Positions 26,775-36,748 of a stretch of 64,000 nt of DNA are shown piece after piece. The notes below the pieces were generated by a model. It did no database searches and was not told the origin of the DNA. It saw nothing but the letters and a program-made list of their open reading frames with translations. The DNA lies in contig JBAUWF010000066.1 of NCBI GenBank assembly GCA_049583635.1, forward strand, positions 603 to 64,602, given 5' to 3'. Both the position numbers and the translations under genes were made by a program. The DNA comes from Rhodanobacteraceae bacterium (lineage in GTDB: Bacteria > Pseudomonadota > Gammaproteobacteria > Xanthomonadales > Rhodanobacteraceae). The first letter of the stretch is position 1. Every line of letters starts with the position of its first letter.

Positions 26775-29700
26775 TCAAGCGCCGGATTTTTTCAGGATGT
26801 CGATCGTCCTCGCGAGACGTTTGGGCGACACCGGCTCGGGTGTGCCGAGTTCCTGCGCGAACATCGAAACGCGCAATTCCTCGATCATCCAGCGCAGATC
26901 CGCGAGCGCGCCTGCGTCACGATCGCCGGCCGCCATGAAGTCGAGATAATCGCGCCAATAGCCCTGCACGATCAGCATGCGGCTCTGGTCACGCAGCGGA
27001 TCCTGGCGCAATCGAAGCGCTCGCGCGTGCATCGCCTGCAAGTAACGCGGAAATTGGGCCAGCCGCGCAAGCTCCGTATCGCGCACGAATCCCGGATGCA
27101 GCAACAGGTCGAGTTGCGCGCGCAGATCATCGTAATTGGCACCGGCAAATCCCACCATCGGTGGCTCAAGCCACGGGCGCAATTGCGCGTGCGTACCAAT
27201 CACCGCCTCGACGTGGCGCAGGCGCTCGATTGCGGTAGCGAAGAGTTCGCGTGCCGCTTCGTCCTTCACGCGATCGAACGCCGTGCGCTGCCGAATATCC
27301 AGCCGGTGCGCGCCCAGCACATCGTTCAGAGCGGCTTCGATCAGATCGCTGCGAAGGGCGTCCAGGCTGCCGAGCGGTAGCCACTGCAATGCCATGTCGG
27401 TGCCGATCGGCAGCTGCCGGCGCGCACGTTTCACTACGTCGGCCAATGCGCGCCGCAGCAGACGCTCAACACCGCGCCGGTGCGCCGCCGATGCATGGTT
27501 GGCATGCTCGAACACGCGTAACGCAACGCGGTCGCCGAGATCGACCAGCGCCGGATAGGCGATCAGCTCGCCGACGCCAGGCACGCTTGCGGGAATCTCG
27601 TCAAAATCAAAGGCATAAATGTCATCACGCTCGAGATCAGCCTCGGTCCGGCGCGAAAAAGCATCACGCGCGGCAGCCGAGAAGTCGCGCTGTATCGATG
27701 CGAGATCGCGACCTTCGGCCACACTTTGCGCAGCGTCATCGACAACTCGAAAGCGCATGCGCAAATAATCGGGCACTACGCTGGCTGCGAAATCGCCCGC
27801 AGTGAGCGCGACTCCGGTCACGCGCTGCAGATAATCGGCAAGGACCACGGCGAGGGGTTCGTCGCGTGCGCGCGCGCATTCGATGAATGCGCGCGCGAAG
27901 TCGGGCGCGGGCACGAAATTGCGCCTGAGCGATTTCGGCAAGCCACGAATCAGTGCAGCGACCCGTTGCGGCAGCAGGCCCGGCACCAGCCATTCGCAGC
28001 GCGCCTTCGGCAGCGCATTGAGCAGCGCCAACGGCACAACCAATGTGACACCATCGGCCGCATCGCCCGGAACCAACCGGTATTCGAGCTTGAGGCGCGC
28101 CCCGGCGAGCGTCAGGTGCAACGGAAAATCGGCCGCTTCGACTGTGGGCGTCTCGCTCATGATGTCGGCGAGCGACCAGTGAAGTCCGGCGCGCGCGGCG
28201 GGCGCTGCGTTGCGATACCAGCCATCCAGTGCCGCCGTATTGTTGATCCGCACCGGCAACTTGCCTTTGAAGAACGCGGCCAGCTCCTCGGCCGACCGGA
28301 CCAGCCCACCGCGTCGGCACTTTGCCTCGATATCGATCGCCTCGGACAGTACGCGCGCGTTGGCTCGAATGAAGTCTGCGCGCGCATCGATCGCACAGGC
28401 CGCGAGTGCCTCGCGCAGGAAAATTTGGTGCGAGAGCACCGCATCCTGACGATCGAACCGCACCTTGCGTTGAGCGATCAGGACCAGACCGAACAGACCG
28501 ACTTGCTCGGTCGCCATGACGGCTCCGCGCCGGCGCGAGAAATGCGGGTCGCGCCAGCTACGCTTGACCAGATGTGCGGCCTGCTGCTCGATCCACAGCG
28601 GCTCGATCCGCGCGCAACCCATCGCATAGACCTTGCCGATGTCGATGATCTCTCCGGCGAGCAGCCATTGCGGCGGCGATTTGGTGAGCGCCGAGCCCGG
28701 GAAAATCGCGAAGCGGCGCTCGCGCGTGCCGCGATAGTGTCCGCTCTCATCCTTGCGTGCCACCTGGGTGGGCCAGCCCGAGAGCAGACAACGATGGATC
28801 GCCTCGTAGCGCCGCTCCGCCTCCTTGCGCGACTCGGGTTGCACCGCCGGCGACCGACGCGTCGCTGCCGCATCTGCCGCAGCACGATCCGATTCGGCGA
28901 TCAGCAGCAATTGCCGATGCAATTCACGCCATTCGCGCAATCGCAGGAACGACAGGAAATTGACGCGGCACCACTCGCGCAGACGCGCCTGGGTCAGATC
29001 CTCGTGCGCGCTCGAGGCGACTCGCCAGAGCTTGAGAACACCGAGAAAATCGGACTTGGGCTCGACGAACTGCGCGTGCGCCGCATCGGCCTGCGCACGC
29101 GCATCAGCCGGCCGTTCACGCGGGTCGGGGATGGCGAGAAATGCGACCAGCACCAGTAATTCAGCTGTGACGCCGAGGCGGTCGGCTTCGATCAGCATGC
29201 GGGCGAGTGCCACATCGACCGGCCAACGCGCGATCCGGCGGCCGATTTCATTGAGTCGGCGCTCAGCATCAATCGCACCGATCTCGGCCAGCCGCCGGTA
29301 ACCGTCACCGACAGCCCGCTCGTCAGGCGCTTCGACAAACGGAAAATCGGCCGGATCGCCAAGCCTCAGACTCAACATGCGCAGGATCACACCGGCCAGC
29401 GACGAGCGCACGATCTCCGGATCGGTATAACGCGGACGCGCGGCAAAATCGTCTTCGCTGTACAGGCGATAACAGATACCCGGGCCGAGGCGACCGCAGC
29501 GACCCTTGCGCTGATCGGCGGCAGCCTGCGAGATCGGCTCGACCCGGAGTCGGTCGAGTTGCCGGCGTTGTGAATAGCGCTTCACGCGTGCTGTGCCGCT
29601 GTCGATGACGTAGCGAATGCGTGGAACGGTGAGCGAGGTTTCCGCAACATTGGTCGCGAGCACGATGCGGCGCGCGGGGCCTGGTCGGAATACGCGATCC

Positions 29701-30782
29701 TGATCCGCGCCCGACAGGCGCGCATACAGCGGCAATATCTCGGTTACGCGATAGTTGCGGCGGCCCAGCGCCAGATGCGTGTCCCGGATTTCACGCTCGC
29801 CCGGCAAAAACACCAGAACGTCACCGTGTGGATCACTTGCACTGATCTCATCGATTACCGCGACGATCTGCTCGGCCGGGCCGGGATCGCCGCGACGAGC
29901 CGGATTGGAGTTGGCGTTTTGAGCGCCCGCACGTGGGCCGCGGCCAATTGATTCGGATTCCTTTTCGGCATCGGGTGGGCGCCAGCGGATCTCCACCGGA
30001 TGCGCGCGACCCTCGATCTCGACGATTGGCGCGCCGTCGAAGTGCGCCGCAAACCGCGCGGTATCGATCGTCGCAGATGTGACGAGCAGTTTCAGGTCAC
30101 GGCGACGCGTGAGCAGGCGTTTCAGGTAACCGAGCAGAAAATCGACGTTGAGACTTCGCTCGTGCGCCTCGTCGATGATAATGGTGTCGTATGCGGCGAG
30201 CCACGGATCCGACTGGGTCTCGGCCAGCAGGATGCCGTCGGTCATGAACTTGATCAGCGTGTCGCGTCCAACCTGTTCGGCGAAGCGCACCTGGAAGCCG
30301 ACCACGCCGCCGAGCGGACGGTCCAGTTCAAAGGCCACCCGCCGAGCAAGTGCGCGCGCGGCGACACGCCTTGGCTGTGTGCAGCCGATCATGCCCGCCA
30401 CGCCGCGATTGGCGGCAAGGCAAAGTTTCGGCAACTGCGTACTCTTGCCCGAACCGGTCTCTCCAGCCAGCACGACCACGCGATGTTGCTTGATCAGATC
30501 GACGATCTCGTCGCCCTTGTCCGCGATCGGGAGGGAGCTGTCCAGTGCGAACGCGGGGACGCTGGCCAGACGCATGCGTCGCTCGTCGACCGATCTTTCA
30601 ATAGCAGCCGCGAGCCTCGAGTACGCGGCACCGCCAGGGTGCTTTCGCGCGCGCGCGAATCGACGCCATTGTCCGATCAAACACCCGCGGTCGCGGGTCA
30701 GAACGTGGTCAAGCGCAGCCCTGAGTTCGGCCAGCGTTTTGGCGGCGTCATCGGACACGTCACGTCGCCTGCCTTTGAACAT
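26775..30782 (-). CDS. hrpA: ATP-dependent RNA helicase HrpA (DEAH box)
   Basis: 1335 aa. AGETGSGKSTQLPK, IIDEAHERSLN, SATID, TNVAETSLTVPRIRYVIDSG, QRKGRCGR, then the long HrpA-specific C-terminal region. Confidence 0.95.
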   Translation of the reverse strand: MFKGRRRDVSDDAAKTLAELRAALDHVLTRDRGCLIGQWRRFARARKHPGGAAYSRLAAAIERSVDERRMRLASVPAFALDSSLPIADKGDEIVDLIKQHRVVVLAGETGSGKSTQLPKLCLAANRGVAGMIGCTQPRRVAARALARRVAFELDRPLGGVVGFQVRFAEQVGRDTLIKFMTDGILLAETQSDPWLAAYDTIIIDEAHERSLNVDFLLGYLKRLLTRRRDLKLLVTSATIDTARFAAHFDGAPIVEIEGRAHPVEIRWRPPDAEKESESIGRGPRAGAQNANSNPARRGDPGPAEQIVAVIDEISASDPHGDVLVFLPGEREIRDTHLALGRRNYRVTEILPLYARLSGADQDRVFRPGPARRIVLATNVAETSLTVPRIRYVIDSGTARVKRYSQRRQLDRLRVEPISQAAADQRKGRCGRLGPGICYRLYSEDDFAARPRYTDPEIVRSSLAGVILRMLSLRLGDPADFPFVEAPDERAVGDGYRRLAEIGAIDAERRLNEIGRRIARWPVDVALARMLIEADRLGVTAELLVLVAFLAIPDPRERPADARAQADAAHAQFVEPKSDFLGVLKLWRVASSAHEDLTQARLREWCRVNFLSFLRLREWRELHRQLLLIAESDRAAADAAATRRSPAVQPESRKEAERRYEAIHRCLLSGWPTQVARKDESGHYRGTRERRFAIFPGSALTKSPPQWLLAGEIIDIGKVYAMGCARIEPLWIEQQAAHLVKRSWRDPHFSRRRGAVMATEQVGLFGLVLIAQRKVRFDRQDAVLSHQIFLREALAACAIDARADFIRANARVLSEAIDIEAKCRRGGLVRSAEELAAFFKGKLPVRINNTAALDGWYRNAAPAARAGLHWSLADIMSETPTVEAADFPLHLTLAGARLKLEYRLVPGDAADGVTLVVPLALLNALPKARCEWLVPGLLPQRVAALIRGLPKSLRRNFVPAPDFARAFIECARARDEPLAVVLADYLQRVTGVALTAGDFAASVVPDYLRMRFRVVDDAAQSVAEGRDLASIQRDFSAAARDAFSRRTEADLERDDIYAFDFDEIPASVPGVGELIAYPALVDLGDRVALRVFEHANHASAAHRRGVERLLRRALADVVKRARRQLPIGTDMALQWLPLGSLDALRSDLIEAALNDVLGAHRLDIRQRTAFDRVKDEAARELFATAIERLRHVEAVIGTHAQLRPWLEPPMVGFAGANYDDLRAQLDLLLHPGFVRDTELARLAQFPRYLQAMHARALRLRQDPLRDQSRMLIVQGYWRDYLDFMAAGDRDAGALADLRWMIEELRVSMFAQELGTPEPVSPKRLARTIDILKKSGA

Positions 30783-30842
30783 TGTGCGCGGGAAAATCGT
30801 GGTTCGCGTCGGTGCGGCGACGCGTGGGCTCTGGCCTCCGCT

Positions 30843-32111
30843 TCACAAGCTGCGTCGCGGCGGAACCAGCAGATCACCGAACAACAGACCGGCGACGATC
30901 GCGATCAGCAACGTGAACAGCGCGACAGCGGTGTCGAGACCAAGCAGCACGTCGCGCTCGAACACGAAATTGAGCGTGCGAAAGCCGACACTGCCCGGCA
31001 CCAGCAGGATGATCCCCGGTTCGCGCACCAGCGCGCCCGGCAGATCGCACATGCGGGCAAATCCGTTGCTTACCGCGCCAATCACGAGTCCGCCGAGAAA
31101 TACCCCGAACGGCGGCGAGACATGCGCACCACCGACCTGGGTACACGCATAACTGAGGATAACCGCGCCGATCACGATCGGATAGAAGCGCCACGGGCTG
31201 CGAAACAGCACCGCGAACGCGCACGCAGCCGCCAGCACCGCAAGCCATTCGATCCAGATCGGAACGGATGCACCCGGAATGCCGGCCGGTATCAGTCCGA
31301 ACAGCTTGCACAGTTCGGCCGCTGCGACGGTTCCGAAGCCAAGCTTGAGCAGCGTGGCCATCGCACCGGCCATGCGCGCGGTCCCGGAGATCAGGTGCTG
31401 GCTGGACATCTCGCGCACGGCCGTGGTCAAGGTCATGCCCGGCAGCAGCACGATCAGGCTCGAGATCACCACCGATCGCACAGCGATGGGTACGACATAG
31501 ACCGCGACCAGCGTCGCGATCGTGGTCGCGAGCAGTGCCGCGATGGCTTCCGACGCGGCAGCCACATTGGGCCTGTTGTGTGCGAGCAAAGTAATCAGAC
31601 CGATCAGCACTCCGATCAGCGCCGAGGTCGCGACGCCGGCCCATGCCGTGTGCAGGATGAACGCGATACTGGCCGACGAGACACCATAACTCACCGCCAT
31701 CAAGAGACGCATCACCAATGGCGAGCGTGCCGCGCCGATCTCACGCAACAAGCGGCGGCCTTCGGCAAGTTCGATGGCGCCCTCAATGACCCGCGCGGCA
31801 ACGGAGTCAACCTCGCACAACTTCTTGAGGTTCACATCGCCGGGCGATACGCGCACGACCTGGGTAAATTCGGGTATGGCGTCCTCGCGTTCGTGATCGG
31901 CAAACGACATCACGATCGAGGTCGGTGTAGCAAGCACATTGCAGTCGAGTCCGAGTCGCGTGCCGACCAGATTGATGAGATCTTCAAGACGCGGCGCAGC
32001 GGTGCCGTATTCGTGCAGGCTCCGCGCCAGATCGACGACGAAATGGATGCGTGTCTCGAACGCCGCTGTGGCGCCCGTGCGCTCGTTTTTCGAAGGTTTC
32101 TCGTGGACCAT
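30843..32111 (-). CDS. threonine/serine exporter family protein (ThrE; fused DUF1212 + DUF3815 halves)
   Basis: 422 aa. RIHFVVDLARSLHEYGTAAPRLEDLINLVGTRLGL..ATPTSIVMSF, followed by about 10 TM helices. Confidence 0.85.
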   Translation of the reverse strand: MVHEKPSKNERTGATAAFETRIHFVVDLARSLHEYGTAAPRLEDLINLVGTRLGLDCNVLATPTSIVMSFADHEREDAIPEFTQVVRVSPGDVNLKKLCEVDSVAARVIEGAIELAEGRRLLREIGAARSPLVMRLLMAVSYGVSSASIAFILHTAWAGVATSALIGVLIGLITLLAHNRPNVAAASEAIAALLATTIATLVAVYVVPIAVRSVVISSLIVLLPGMTLTTAVREMSSQHLISGTARMAGAMATLLKLGFGTVAAAELCKLFGLIPAGIPGASVPIWIEWLAVLAAACAFAVLFRSPWRFYPIVIGAVILSYACTQVGGAHVSPPFGVFLGGLVIGAVSNGFARMCDLPGALVREPGIILLVPGSVGFRTLNFVFERDVLLGLDTAVALFTLLIAIVAGLLFGDLLVPPRRSL

Positions 32112-32464
32112 GACCCGACAATCTTACCGAGGTGCGCTGGCAAGCGCTCCGACCCGCGTGGCGGCAAGTCTTGCAGCCACATGAAGCGAACGGTCCATAG
32201 TGGACTGCCTTGACCGGTGAACCGCCCGGCGCCCGACGGCAGCACTCTCTCCAGTCGATGCTCGCGCGTGCAATACCCCGTCGTTCCGGTGTTCATGCAG
32301 CCCTGTTAGCCTAGGGCGTTCTGATCCAGCCAGCACGCTGGTCATGATGCCCATGAGGTTCGCCGGGCGGTGTATGGCGTAGCCAAGGCTGGTGACTTCG
32401 GCAAGACGCGCGCCTTGTGCACATCCCGTTGTGCAGTTGAATAGATCAGAGTATCCCTGACGCG

Positions 32465-33586
32465 ATGGCACAGGCAGCGACGGCACATTTCGAACACGAT
32501 CGCCAAGGCGGGTACGTCGCCGCTGCGGGTGACTGGACGCTGAGCCATGCCGAGGCGTTGGCCGAGCATATCGGGCGCCTGACGCGTCGTATCCCGGAGA
32601 GCGCGCGCATCGACGCGAGCGCGTTGACCCGGCTCGATACTGCCGGCGCGTATCTGTTGCTCGACCTCGCTCACGATCGCATGGACGTGATCGAAGGTCT
32701 CGATGATTCGCGCCGCGCATTGCTCGAGGCGGTAGCCAAGGCACGACCGGCATCGCACGCTCCGGGCGCTGAGCGTCGCGCGTCCGGCCTCTCCGACATG
32801 CTTGCGCGCACCGGCAGTGCGGTCGAAACGGCAGGTCGCAATTTGGTGACCCTCGTCGGCTTCATTGGTCTGGTGTTGGCCACGTTCGCGCGCTCTCTCT
32901 GGATTCCGCGCCGCTGGCGCGTCACCTCACTGTTTTTCCATGTCGAGCAGACCGGGCTCGATGCGGTGCCGATCGTCGCGCTGCTGAGTTTCCTGATCGG
33001 CGCCGTAGTTGCGTTTCTCGGTGCGACCGTGCTGCGCGACTTCGGCGCCAGTATCTTCACCGTGGAACTGGTCGGATATTCGTTCCTGCGTGAGTTCGGC
33101 GTGCTGCTGACCGCGATTCTGGTTGCCGGGCGCTCGGGCAGCGCATTCACCGCGCAGATCGGCTCGATGAAGGCGCGTGAGGAGATCGACGCGATCCGTA
33201 CGCTCGGCCTCGATCCGATCGAAGTACTGGTGCTGCCGCGGGTGCTCGCGCTGCTCGTCGCGCTGCCGCTGCTGACCTTCCTGGCGATGCTCGCCGGCAT
33301 ACTCGGGGGCGGCGTGGTGTCGGCGCTGGCGCTCGATATTTCGCCGGCCATGTTCATCTCGCGCCTGCACGAGTTGGCCGGCGCGCGCCATTTCTGGGTC
33401 GGCATGAGCAAGGCGCCGATCTTCGCGTTCCTGATTGCGTCGATCGGCTGCCTCGAAGGATTCAAGGTCAGCGGCAGTGCCGAATCGGTCGGCGCGCATA
33501 CGACCTCGAGTGTCGTGCAATCGATCTTCGTGGTGATACTCATCGATGCGCTTGCAGCGATCTTCTTCATGGAGATGAATCTGTGA
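32465..33586 (+). CDS. MlaE-family ABC permease with N-terminal STAS-like domain
   Basis: 373 aa. The N-terminal ~110 aa (GDWTLSHAEALAEHIGRL...IDASALTRLDTAGAYLLLDL) is STAS-like. The permease core has FHVEQTGLDAVPIVALLSFLIGAVVAF and REEIDAIRTLGLDP. Its stop overlaps the next start (GTGA). Confidence 0.9.
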   Translation: MAQAATAHFEHDRQGGYVAAAGDWTLSHAEALAEHIGRLTRRIPESARIDASALTRLDTAGAYLLLDLAHDRMDVIEGLDDSRRALLEAVAKARPASHAPGAERRASGLSDMLARTGSAVETAGRNLVTLVGFIGLVLATFARSLWIPRRWRVTSLFFHVEQTGLDAVPIVALLSFLIGAVVAFLGATVLRDFGASIFTVELVGYSFLREFGVLLTAILVAGRSGSAFTAQIGSMKAREEIDAIRTLGLDPIEVLVLPRVLALLVALPLLTFLAMLAGILGGGVVSALALDISPAMFISRLHELAGARHFWVGMSKAPIFAFLIASIGCLEGFKVSGSAESVGAHTTSSVVQSIFVVILIDALAAIFFMEMNL

Positions 33587-34371
33587 AAGCGCGCGACATC
33601 GTCATCAAGGTTCGCGGCCTGGAAAACCGCTTCGGCCGCCAGATCGTGCACGAGAATCTCGATCTCGACGTGTATCGCGGCGAAATACTCGGCGTGGTCG
33701 GCGGTTCCGGAAGCGGCAAATCAGTGTTGCTGCGCTCGATCATCGGACTCAACCGGCCGACGGCCGGACGCATCGAGATGTTCGGCGAAGACATCACCGC
33801 CATGTCGCCGGCGCAGCGCGGCGCGCTCGAGCGCCGTTGCGGCGTCCTGTTTCAGAACGGGGCACTGTTCTCGTCGCTGACGGTGGTCGAGAATGTGATG
33901 GTGCCGCTACGCGAACACGTGGAACTTGCACTCGATCTGATGCGGCGCTTGGCCTCGCTCAAGATTGCCCTCGCCGGATTGCCGGTCGAGGCCGGCGACA
34001 AGTACCCGTCCGAACTGTCCGGCGGCATGGTCAAGCGCGCGGCCCTCGCGCGAGCAATCGCGCTGGATCCGGACATCCTGTTTCTCGATGAACCGACCGC
34101 CGGGCTCGATCCGATCGGAGCGGCCGCCTTCGATCGACTGATTCTGACCTTGCGCGAGAGTCTCGGACTCACGGTGTTTCTGGTGACCCACGATCTCGAT
34201 ACGCTGTACACAATCTGCGACCGTGTCGCCGTGATTGCGGAAAACCACGTGCTCATCGCCGATACGCTGGACAAGGTCGAGCATTGCGATCAACCCTGGG
34301 TACACGATTACTTCCAGGGCCCGCGCGGTCGCATGGCGCAACAGGCGGCGCACACCGCAGTGGAGGATTGA
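33583..34371 (+). CDS. ABC transporter ATP-binding protein (MlaF-like)
   Basis: 262 aa. Walker A GGSGSGKS, signature LSGGMVKRAALARA, Walker B ILFLDEPTAGLD. Confidence 0.92.
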   Translation: MKARDIVIKVRGLENRFGRQIVHENLDLDVYRGEILGVVGGSGSGKSVLLRSIIGLNRPTAGRIEMFGEDITAMSPAQRGALERRCGVLFQNGALFSSLTVVENVMVPLREHVELALDLMRRLASLKIALAGLPVEAGDKYPSELSGGMVKRAALARAIALDPDILFLDEPTAGLDPIGAAAFDRLILTLRESLGLTVFLVTHDLDTLYTICDRVAVIAENHVLIADTLDKVEHCDQPWVHDYFQGPRGRMAQQAAHTAVED

Positions 34372-34373
34372 TC

Positions 34374-35318
34374 ATGGAAACCCGCGCTCACCACATATTG
34401 ATCGGGGCATTCACGATCGTGGTATTCGTGGTCGCACTCGGCTTCGTACTTTGGCTGTCGAAATCGAGCATCGATCAGAAATACGTCTACTACGACGTGA
34501 TCTTCAACGAATCAGTCACCGGCTTGTCCAAGGGCGGCCTGGTGCAATACAACGGCATCAAGGTCGGCGAGGTCACCCGGCTCAGTCTCGCACCGGACGA
34601 TCCGCGCAAGGTAATTGCACGTATCCGCATCGACGGCGGTACGCCGATCCGCAAGGACACGCGCGCCAAACTCGGCCTGCTCGGTGTGACCGGTGTCGCT
34701 TTCATCCAGTTATCCGGCGGCGCGCCGGGCAGCCCGCCATTGCTGCCCACGCAATCCAATCCGGTGCCGGTGATTCCATCCGAGGAATCGGCCTTGTCGA
34801 AACTGCTCGGCTCGGGCGCCGATATCGTCACCAGCGCCAACGACGTCTTGTTCCGCATCGGCGAGTTGCTCTCCAAGGACAACGTGGACCGGTTCTCCGC
34901 GACTCTGCAACACCTCGACGAGTTGACCGGCGCGGTGGCCGGCCAGCGCGATGCGTTGGCCTCCGCGCTCAAACAGCTTGCCGACGCCAGCGGCCAGCTC
35001 AAGAGCACGCTGAACACGCTCGATGCGATGGCAACGACGACCAATGATTTGATGCGCAACAACGCACGCCAAGTGCTCGACGCGACCCAGCAGGCGCTGG
35101 AAAATGTCGACAAGGTGGCCAAATCGACCAATAGCCTGATCGACGACAACCGCGCCGCAATCAACAGTTTCAGCAACCAGGGCCTGCGGCAGGTGGGCCC
35201 GGCGATATCCGATCTGCGCGCGACGCTGCACTCGTTGAAGCAGCTCGTGGACAAACTGGCCCAGTCGAACAGCCTGCTGCTCGGTCACGACCAGCAGCAG
35301 GAATTCAAGCCGAACTGA
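34374..35318 (+). CDS. MlaD/MCE-domain substrate-binding protein
   Basis: 314 aa from ATG 34374 (RBS GGAGGA). METRAHHILIGAFTIVVFVVALGFVLWL anchor, then the MCE core VTGLSKGGLVQYNGIKVGEV, then a helical C-terminal region. Confidence 0.9.
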   Translation: METRAHHILIGAFTIVVFVVALGFVLWLSKSSIDQKYVYYDVIFNESVTGLSKGGLVQYNGIKVGEVTRLSLAPDDPRKVIARIRIDGGTPIRKDTRAKLGLLGVTGVAFIQLSGGAPGSPPLLPTQSNPVPVIPSEESALSKLLGSGADIVTSANDVLFRIGELLSKDNVDRFSATLQHLDELTGAVAGQRDALASALKQLADASGQLKSTLNTLDAMATTTNDLMRNNARQVLDATQQALENVDKVAKSTNSLIDDNRAAINSFSNQGLRQVGPAISDLRATLHSLKQLVDKLAQSNSLLLGHDQQQEFKPN

Positions 35319-35354
35319 GCGGCTGGCATCGGCCGCCGATTTCCGGAGCCTCGC

Positions 35355-36014
35355 ATGAGACATTTGATATCGCTCGTTCTGATCGCCTCGCTTGCGGCCT
35401 GCTCGACACTGGGCGCCCGCCACGAATCGTACGCGGTGTACGCACTGCGACCTGCCCCAGGCACCCGGTCCGACGCGAAACCGGTCGCGTGGCAATTGCT
35501 GGTACAGAATCCGATCGCGAGCGACGCGCTGAATACGGATCGTATTGCCGTCATGCCCAGCGCGGGTGTTTTTCAGGTGTACCCGAACGCGCGCTGGGGC
35601 GACCCGGCGCCGAAGCTGGTACAGAATTTGTTGATTCAGGCCTTCGAGGACAGCGGTCGCATCATCGGCGTTGCCGGGACCGATTCCGGCTTGCATGCCG
35701 ACTTCATGCTGGCGCTCGAATTGCGGTCGTTCCAGATCGAATACGTCGATGGCACACCGCACGCGACGATTCGCCTGACTGCGAAGCTGGTCGATTACGG
35801 TTCCAATCGCGTGCTGGCGGCACACACGTTTGCCGCCGACATGCCGGTGGCCGGCAGCAGCGCCGCTGATGCGGTGTCGGGCATTGGCAAGGCGCTGGAC
35901 CAATTGCTTCCGCAAGTCGTCGCGTGGACGCTGACGCAAGGAAGTTCGGCCTGGACACAACGCGGGCCGGCATCCGGGAATGAGCGCAACGTGCCGACGC
36001 CGGACGAAGACTGA
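35355..36014 (+). CDS. ABC-type transport auxiliary lipoprotein (DUF330/ABC_trans_aux type)
   Basis: 219 aa. Lipobox LIASLAAC. It is the fourth gene of the permease-ATPase-MCE operon, the usual position for this family. Confidence 0.8.
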   Translation: MRHLISLVLIASLAACSTLGARHESYAVYALRPAPGTRSDAKPVAWQLLVQNPIASDALNTDRIAVMPSAGVFQVYPNARWGDPAPKLVQNLLIQAFEDSGRIIGVAGTDSGLHADFMLALELRSFQIEYVDGTPHATIRLTAKLVDYGSNRVLAAHTFAADMPVAGSSAADAVSGIGKALDQLLPQVVAWTLTQGSSAWTQRGPASGNERNVPTPDED

Positions 36015-36124
36015 TCTGTACCCCGTACCCGCCGCACACCGTTGGGGCGCAATGTAGCGTGCGCTGCTTGCATGATCGCAGCCGCACGCGACTTCCTCAC
36101 CGCCGTCGAATCCCGGGGCGCACG

Positions 36125-36748
36125 CTACGAGATGTCGCAGAGCGAAGCGCCGTGGCGGTTCGCGATCAACGGCTCGATGCGGCGAAACGTCAGGTTGATG
36201 CGCTCCCCGATGCGCGTTTTCGTTTTCGGCAGTGCGTGCTGATACAACCGTTGGGTCGCACCGGCCATTAGCAGCAGGCTGCCATGTGCCAGTTCGATCG
36301 AAACGGCTGCGCGCCGTTTGCTGCGAGCGCGCAGACGCAAGCGCCGGGGCGCACCAAAACTCAGCGAAGCGATCAAGGGCTGCACGCCGAGTTCGGGTTC
36401 GTCGTCGGCGTGCCAGCCCATCGAATCACACCCGTCGCGATACAGATTGGCCAGAACACTGTTGAACCGTACACCTAGACGCGCGTTCAAATCATCGCGC
36501 AAACACGCAACTGCCGGCGTCCATGCGCGCGGTTCGAAGCGCGTTCCCGAATACCGATAGCTCGCGTCGGCATCGCCGATCCATGCCGACAGCCGTGGCG
36601 CCGTGACTTCCCGGCCGAACAATCGCAGGCGATGCTGCTCCCATTCAATTTCTCCCCGCAAGGCCGAGAACAGCGCATCCGCCTGCACCGGGTCGAATGC
36701 GCGCTCCGCGTAACGAAGATCGGCGCCCGGCAGGTCGATTTTCAGCAC
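36125..36748 (-). CDS. alkB: Fe(II)/2-oxoglutarate-dependent dioxygenase AlkB
   Basis: 207 aa from GTG 36748. FGREVTAPRLSAWIGD, FNSVLANLYRDGCDSMGWHADDEPELG (HxD), LAHGSLLLMAG.TQ..YQHALPK, RINLTFRRI. The start overlaps the amidase stop (GTGCTGA). Confidence 0.85.
   Translation of the reverse strand: MLKIDLPGADLRYAERAFDPVQADALFSALRGEIEWEQHRLRLFGREVTAPRLSAWIGDADASYRYSGTRFEPRAWTPAVACLRDDLNARLGVRFNSVLANLYRDGCDSMGWHADDEPELGVQPLIASLSFGAPRRLRLRARSKRRAAVSIELAHGSLLLMAGATQRLYQHALPKTKTRIGERINLTFRRIEPLIANRHGASLCDIS

Noticed and set aside
30000-32213. 737-aa + strand ORF spanning two genes
   Set aside because: It runs antisense across both hrpA and the ThrE-family gene, including their intergenic gap. 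It is Arg/Asp/Gln-rich with no motifs.
32112-32464. 353-nt intergenic region upstream of the Mce operon, and the 300-nt gap at 11718..12018, as possible ncRNA loci
   Set aside because: I could not find conserved-looking structure, a terminator or a plausible small ORF by eye. They most simply hold divergent or internal promoters. Only a covariance or transcriptome search could say more.
32465-36014. Four-gene STAS-MlaE / ATPase / MCE / lipoprotein operon as a novel transporter
   Set aside because: This is a widespread, already recognised Mce-type ABC operon layout in proteobacteria. Nothing about it looks atypical apart from the usual gene overlaps.
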